Shown piece by piece: positions 56,638 through 64,000 of a stretch of DNA of 64,000 nt; within the stretch, counting starts at the first letter, position 1, and every line of letters starts with the position of its first letter. The DNA is from Eledone cirrhosa. Its lineage: Eukaryota. Position numbers and translations under genes: made by a program. Below the pieces are notes generated by a model. The model was not told the origin of the DNA and made no database searches. It saw only the letters and a list, made by a program, of their open reading frames with translations. The stretch is taken from the NCBI GenBank assembly GCA_964016885.1, contig OZ024740.1:87854001-87918000 (forward strand), read 5' to 3'.

Positions 56638-58038
56638 TACATGAATCAAAGTTCTGTTCAAACCATTTATTAGCTTACAATTGTTTCTTCCAAACCGAGG
56701 TTTGGAGTCTTCGGAGCAATTTTTCAATGATTGTTTACATACATGACCTCCTTTCCAACACAAGAGACATACAGAAACACATGTATATATCGATGCACAG
56801 TGGGTTGACATCCATGGTAATAAGGTAGTAATAAATTACTGTCTTTATCTGTTTAGGGTTTAAAATATATATAACTATAAAAGGTTTTAGTATATACATA
56901 ACCATAAATAGTATCCTTAATACTATATATATATATATATATTTATATGTGTATGTATATGCATGTATGTATGCATGTATATGCATGTATGTATGCATGT
57001 ATACATGTATGTATGCATGTGTATGTATATGCATGTGAGTATATATATGTATGTACGTAAGTATAAGTGTGTACGTATACGTGTTTGTGCAGACAGGCAT
57101 ATATATTTGCATCGAGTTATGTCCCATTCTACCAAAGATGAATACAAATGACGTTGCCATTTAATAAATAGAAGTGAATAAAATAAGTATCGGGGTCGAT
57201 ATAATTTAATTAACACCAACATGGCTGCCATCCAATTACTGAATTTTGTAAAACAATAATATAAGAACACTTCTAACGAATTATGATTTATATTGACAAA
57301 CTACAAAAATAATTTTATTGGAGATAGGCTACAGATGGCTGAGTGGTGAAGGATAGATTCGAGGATTTATATCAAGTAACCAACATTGCAGCTTAAAGTG
57401 ATACAGAGTCATTAGAACGTCGGATTAAACTATCAAAATAATTGTTCCAGTTATCTGCACTCTGTGTTCAAATCTCGCGGGGGTGTAATTAGTTTTTAAT
57501 CCTTTTGGTTTCCGTAAATTAAGTACCAATTCATGGCGATGAACTCGCAGAATTGTGAGTGAGTCAGGCCTTGCGGTATCTAATCTATCGCTCTCCATTC
57601 TGTGTTCAAATCCTTCTCCATGTTCTCGGAAAAAATGGCGACATGACAAGACTGGAGTCCCTATCATTTTAACACCCCAAAAGCCTTCCATGGAAACCAG
57701 GCTAAACTTACGCAGATAAAAGAGGAACAACAATAATAACTGCAACTATGACTTAATGTGTAAAATATGTCTAACAGTAAATAACAAATGATTCTTCAAA
57801 TCAAGAAGGAACAATATTAAGTAACGATTGTTTTGTATTTGTTGTTATTTTTAGTGACAGGTCAACCTTGATACAATAAATCCTTCGACCAACAATATTC
57901 TACCTGAAACCATCTCGACTTTTTTTCAGATCTTGTGCCTACGTCTACACTCTCCATTGTGTTATGGCTTTTTTAAGAAAAAGGTAAGGTGGAATTTGAT
58001 GAAAATTTCGGTGTTACAGTTTTCAGTAGGTCAAGTGA

Positions 58039-58120
<82 letters not shown>

Positions 58121-58518
58121 GGACCCCCTCTACATTTTCGTTTTCTTCTAGTGCTCCTGTAGTTGGGGCTGTGAAACAAACACAAGTAGTATTTAATTCC
58201 AATCTGGTCACATCCCTTTATGACTGATCGACTTTGCTGTCAATTTTCTACCAAGATCGCTAAAACAAGTACCAGACAACGTACTAGGGTAAATATAATG
58301 CAGTAAAAGCCGTGAAAGTAGTGCACCAGTATAGTCGCATTCTAATGACTTAAACAAGAAAATCTGCCGAAAAAGATAGCGCGCCAGATAGAACGTATTG
58401 TAGTATTAGTTACAGCTTTTATGTTATTAAGTTAAATCCCACTAAAGTCTGTATATGCTTTTTATCCACCCGGAGTCGATAGAATTATGTATCAGTTAAG
58501 TACAGGGAGCGATTTAAT

Positions 58519-58740
58519 ATCTATATATCTAAAACAGAGAATGTCTGTCTGTCTGCCTGTTTGACTCCCTAAAACTCGAGAACCACCCAACCTATTGTTT
58601 TCAAACTTTACACATGTAATACTTATGGTCCTGTGAGTGTTTGCAGCAAAAAGTATTTCAAAATTTCAATGCCCTAGGGATCGCATTAGGTGATTTAGCG
58701 ATCTCTTTCTATAATTGTTAGTCTTTCTTTTTAGATAGAT
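58519..58740 (+). mobile_element. Possible non-autonomous Helitron 5' end
   Basis: A|TCTATATATCTAAAA..aatgtctgtctgtctg start resembles animal non-autonomous Helitrons; no 3' hairpin-CTRR located. Confidence 0.4.
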
Positions 58741-58812
58741 ACATAGATATAACGTTGCGCCCTTATAATATCTGTCTGTATGGCTAGCTGTCTGCATTAC
58801 GACATTATGACG

Positions 58813-58944
<132 letters not shown>

Positions 58945-59081
58945 ATGTATATATAGTGTGTGTATAGTGTGTAACGTTTTTCGAAATATTTACTTCTGCG
59001 TTCACAGATTGATATTTTTAGTTTCAGAAGATCCCGTTAAGGGTGAAAGCACCGATTTTTTGCTTAAACTTTAATCTGTTA

Positions 59082-59153
<72 letters not shown>

Positions 59154-59858
59154 TATATTCGTGTACAGATACTTTTGCATGCACAATAACAAAATATAAA
59201 CAAACGTAGTGTTAAGGAACTGAGGGTACCAAACACCATATTGGACGGAACGCTATTTCTTCGTAAGGTTGATTCCTAGCTGCTACAGCTGGCAATCATT
59301 TTCAGCTAAATCAACTAGAGTAACGTGAAATGAAATACCTTACTCAAGGATGCAATACACCATTTAGTCTAGGAATCGAACACACGACACTATGATCATG
59401 AGAACAGTACACTCATTAATAGACCTCCCATATTCACTATATACTTACAATGCATTCTAAATGCGAATGGTATTATAATAGAAGACCTTGTTCGATTCTC
59501 GAAAATTGCCTGATGAGATGAACGGAAATACTTTTCAAGCATTAAACGATGATCTGCAAAGAATTACTGATCTGCCTCGCAAAGCACAATAGCATCTCTA
59601 TAAGATTTCTGTTTCCTCTTGCTTGTCGGTGATAAGCATTCCAAATGATTGGTGACAGCTGTGTGTATAAGACTTTGTAAGTTTTACACCCAAAGCTTCA
59701 GTAAACAGATATATATTTCAGCTGGCTGTCGATATTATTCCGTTTTCTCACTTATACTTCACTGGATCTTCTCCTGTAACCTTGACAATAACGTAACAAT
59801 GGCTAAGCCTGTAAGCACCAGTCAGAATCTCCCAACACATCTTTCAGCTGTTAGCCGC

Positions 59859-59992
<134 letters not shown>

Positions 59993-62439
59993 CACACTAT
60001 AAACACACCCATACACATACATACACAAGAGACAAACTTACATGTATATATGTATATATATATATATATACATACGTACATAATGTTAAAGGTAAAAGAA
60101 AATGCTGAACTAGTGAACATTTTGTGGATGCAACAATCGGACTATAAAATTTAGACTTACACTTGTGACTATTGGAGCGGTTGGTTATGTAACTAACTGT
60201 CTCAGAACGACGTCCGAAAAGCTGGGTTTCACAAAAGCAGAACGGATACAGCTAATTAGAAAGTAAACTCAAGCCATTAATGAAATTTAAATGTATGTAA
60301 AACATTCCGGAAGCTTAGCCTGTAATAGGTCCACATACATATACGATTGATTTACATGTATGTATCTGTACACACATGTATGTCTGTATAGATAGATCAT
60401 TACATAGGTACATACATATATACATACACACATACATACATACATACATACATACATACATACATACATACATACATACATACATACATACATACATACA
60501 TACATACATACATACACAGAAAGAGTAAACCTAAAATTCCTACCAGAAAAATATTCAAACCATCATTCTGTTTCTAATATTCAACATGTTTTTTTTCCAA
60601 TAACACAAACAATTTGATTTTCTGGTATTGTAAGCCCACAAAGAAACTAGTTTAATGAATGTCAAAGGTATGCCATTTACCAAAACATATTGGAAGCAAA
60701 ACAGTAATAGAACGGTATAACCTTTTGATAGCAAACCACCCTATTCTACGATTTAAAATATGTTTAAAAGAATTCATATTTAACTTTAAACCTTATATTT
60801 TAATTTTGTGCAACAGTGATACAAATGTCCACGTTACTTATTTGGTTAGTCAAAAATACATAAAATTGGGACAGAAGCAACATTGTTTCTAAAATGTTAC
60901 CACAATGTTCTGGATCACAAGTCATTACTATGTCCACTATAGAGTAGTGCTTGTTTACCTACAAATTTAATCCCAGCATCTTTCATAACCTGCTTTGGCA
61001 GCAAAGATTCTATATCCCTTTGATGTTTAACATTGAGAAATATCATGGTTGTTCTTTTATGTTACTTTGAAGCCTCATCTCCAGAAATTCTTCGATAAAA
61101 GTGCAGGTAATAAAAAATAGAAGATGAAATAAACGAGAAAGGAGGTGAAATAAAGGGGGAAAGAAGAGGGAAATGAATATTGAGGAAAAAGCATGAGAAA
61201 AAAATTCCTCCATAAATAGAGTAAGGTTAGCTGAAAATGTTATTTCTATACAGAAAATGTTGCAACAAATTCAGCAAAAAACAGTCTAATTTTTTTTGTT
61301 TTTAAATGTCACTGCTAGACTATTTAGGAAACTCTATTCCCAAAGTTTTGCATTGATAAACTCATTTTGGATGAAATGGCAGAAATGTTACATCGCTGAA
61401 AGTTTGTTCTATTGCTGTAGATCGTTTATCTGTGGATCCTTGAATATTTAATGAAATTCTCGCTTTGTTTCTAGTTTCACATTTTCTCATACCCTTGTTA
61501 TACTATCTTGGAACTCTATATTCTTAACATGTGCATTCTTACTTATTTGACGAATCTCGTTTTTTACTTCTAGGTTCTCATATTCTTCTATTTCTTCATT
61601 TTCTGCTTGTGTATCTACTCATAATGTGCTATCCTGAATTATTTGTGAGTGATGGGTTTCTTAAGAATTTAGGTAGATACTAAAAACGTTCGGATTAGGA
61701 TTTTTTACAGAGCTGTTTTGCAGAGCATTTTGTATTAATGGACTTGTGTTTTTATATAATCAGGCTGGTACTTGTATTTCATTTTGCATGTAACATTCAT
61801 CCTAGAAAAGAACATTTGTTAATAGATTTTTAATAACAATTTTAAGCACAGAAATGTAAATAATATGATTTTGTTTTTAACGAAATACTCTGTAATAATA
61901 ATGTGAATATAAGAACCCCCCCCATATATATATATATACATACATACATACATACATACATACATACATACACACACATATGTACACACACATCTATGTG
62001 AAAGGTCAACAAGGAAAAAGAATGCTGGAATATATACATACACATGTGTGTATATATATATGTATATATATATACATATATTTGCATGAACATTTCATAT
62101 ATGATTCAGTATACAACCCCAGTCATATATGTATATATGCGTGTGTGTGCATAATGTTTTCAAGTTTAGCCCTTAACATGCACTTGCACGATGAAATACA
62201 CTGCTAATGCCACCAGATAACACATAGGTGCACTGATCGACGGGAAGCTTTAGTCTGTCCTGCGTCAAGAGACGTCCAATGAAATATGCAATACATACAA
62301 TAGATAAAACATTTATACAAAGCAATAAGGAAATGAGACATAGAATAAAAATAAAAATGAAATGAATGAAGACATTAATCAACGAAAGAGAGGTATAAGG
62401 GAGAGAGAGAGAGCAACAGACTCTACGCCCCACTCTGAG

Positions 62440-62760
62440 TGGTATCTGTCAGTTGCGTCCTGCGAAAACAATGGTGAAGGTAATGCTATGGAGAACGGCC
62501 AGCAACATCCACTGCAACAGCCACGGTGCTCCTTCCTGATGCGGGCAGCTGTTTTTTTCTTTTTTTGATTTTGCGAAGGAAAATGGCAGATCGGGGACCT
62601 AGAACACCTGAGGTCTCCACAGCAACCGGTGTGAAAAGGAAGCGGTCTGTCAAACCGTGGTAGTTGACAATTTTTCTCTCCTCTCCTCTGCATTGCAAGC
62701 GGCAGTGCCTGGGTTTACTGCCGAAGCGACAAGGCTGGAGGCGGAGAACGAGTCGCACCA
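62440..62760 (-). mobile_element. Third CRE-type RLE relic
   Basis: EERKIVNYHGLTDRFLFTPVAVETSGVLGPRS. Confidence 0.65.
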
Positions 62761-64000
62761 CACAGCATTTCAAATTAGGGATTCACCTTTCACTAATCAC
62801 ACGATATGAATATGTAGTACTACAACAGCCGTATGCTATACATATCTCTTTCTGGCAAAAGCGCTCACCGTAGCTTTTAGTATCTTATATGACTGCAATA
62901 AATAATTAAACGTGTAGCTTCTTTATAGTGTTAAACTGTTCAATTCAACAAGATAGATTATATGATATTACATTATTCATGAAAATATTATCATAATTTG
63001 CACATTTTACTTTAGTAATCGGCTTGCCGAGCCTGTATACGAGTTCCCATTTGTTATGTCTTATCATAATGTTGTTTATATTTAAATTAAGTTACATACA
63101 ATTTGAAGTTTAATGCGCTTTATCAAGTAACTTACATGTTACTGCTCGCTTTACAGAAGCGAAAACAACGCTGAAACAATTTTAAATCTAATTATCGTAC
63201 AACGACGATAAACAACGATGTAAAATAAATTATAAATAATAAATTCTATCATTAAAAATGATAAAATACGCTTCAGTGAGCAAGAAAATTTGAGAAATAA
63301 ATTTGTTTTTTAAGCAGACAAGTCTACTAATAAATGTTCTACCGTTAAAGAAGGGGCTTACTTAAAGGGAACCAACTGGAGATTTGTAAGTATCTGAGTG
63401 ATCCAATCCACTACTATATGCATGCCTTCATACATACGTACATACACACATTCATACTTAATATATAATAACTGCATGTACAGGTACAAGACATATATAC
63501 ATGCACACATATTACTTAAAACACATATCCACACATACAATAACATCCATAATTGCACACACACACGCATGCAGACATGCAGACATTTCTACCGAGTTGA
63601 TGTCTAAATTCCAATGAAAGCGTCTTGTGTCTATGTTAGAAATCGACTCTTTCTCTCTTTAGTGGTAAACATTTATAAAATCATACTACCAGAAGAACAT
63701 ACATAAATACATACATATATACATACGTTTATAACATACACACATGCACACACATATATTCGGGAAAATTCGACAAGGAAAACGAATACGGGAATACACA
63801 CACACACACACACACGTATGTTAGTATCTCAGTGTCCCAGTCCACCACTACATGCATACACACATACATATATACATACCTACATGCATGCACACATACA
63901 TACATACATACATGCACATATATACTTATGTGTGTGTGTGTGTGTGTGTGACAGCTCACACCTATGCAGGTTTAGCTGGCCTCCTCCAAGGTATATCTCG

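Noticed and set aside
59505-59540. CTGATGA motifs here and at 14063 and 52446
   Set aside because: No properly placed stem II-GAAA-stem III; 7-mers are expected by chance
61050-61115. Possible host micro-exon (ag..gtaa), and similar sites near 15715 and 61573
   Set aside because: Only splice-like dinucleotides; no recognisable protein or exon chain

Overview
AT-rich, microsatellite-dense animal DNA, probably octopus/cephalopod (inferred from the tRNA-derived SINE type and the extreme (TA)n/(CA)n load). I can support no host protein-coding gene; almost everything recognisable is mobile DNA. This includes a near-intact R4/Dong RLE-type LINE (130-3522, one in-frame TAG), two full-length Penelope-like elements (RT + C-terminal GIY-YIG; 8472-12718 and 19210-22622) plus a third fragment, a frameshifted RTE LINE with C2H2 fingers, relics of Dong, L1/Tx1, CRE, RTE and hAT, tandem SINE arrays and a piggyBac-type MITE. 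The main signal not visible in the ORF track is RNA structure. By hand I fold about nine distinct families of type I hammerhead ribozyme, several with non-canonical cores (U3-A8, C4, A4) and most with palindromic stem III. They sit in Penelope pseudo-LTRs and in many short non-coding insertions in (TA)n tracts. Many of these insertions share a two-ended, fold-back architecture with two fixed end points per family. One family is a non-coding, terminally redundant ~406-415 nt monomer with one hammerhead, i.e. a candidate retrozyme. All folds are manual; none is computationally or experimentally validated.
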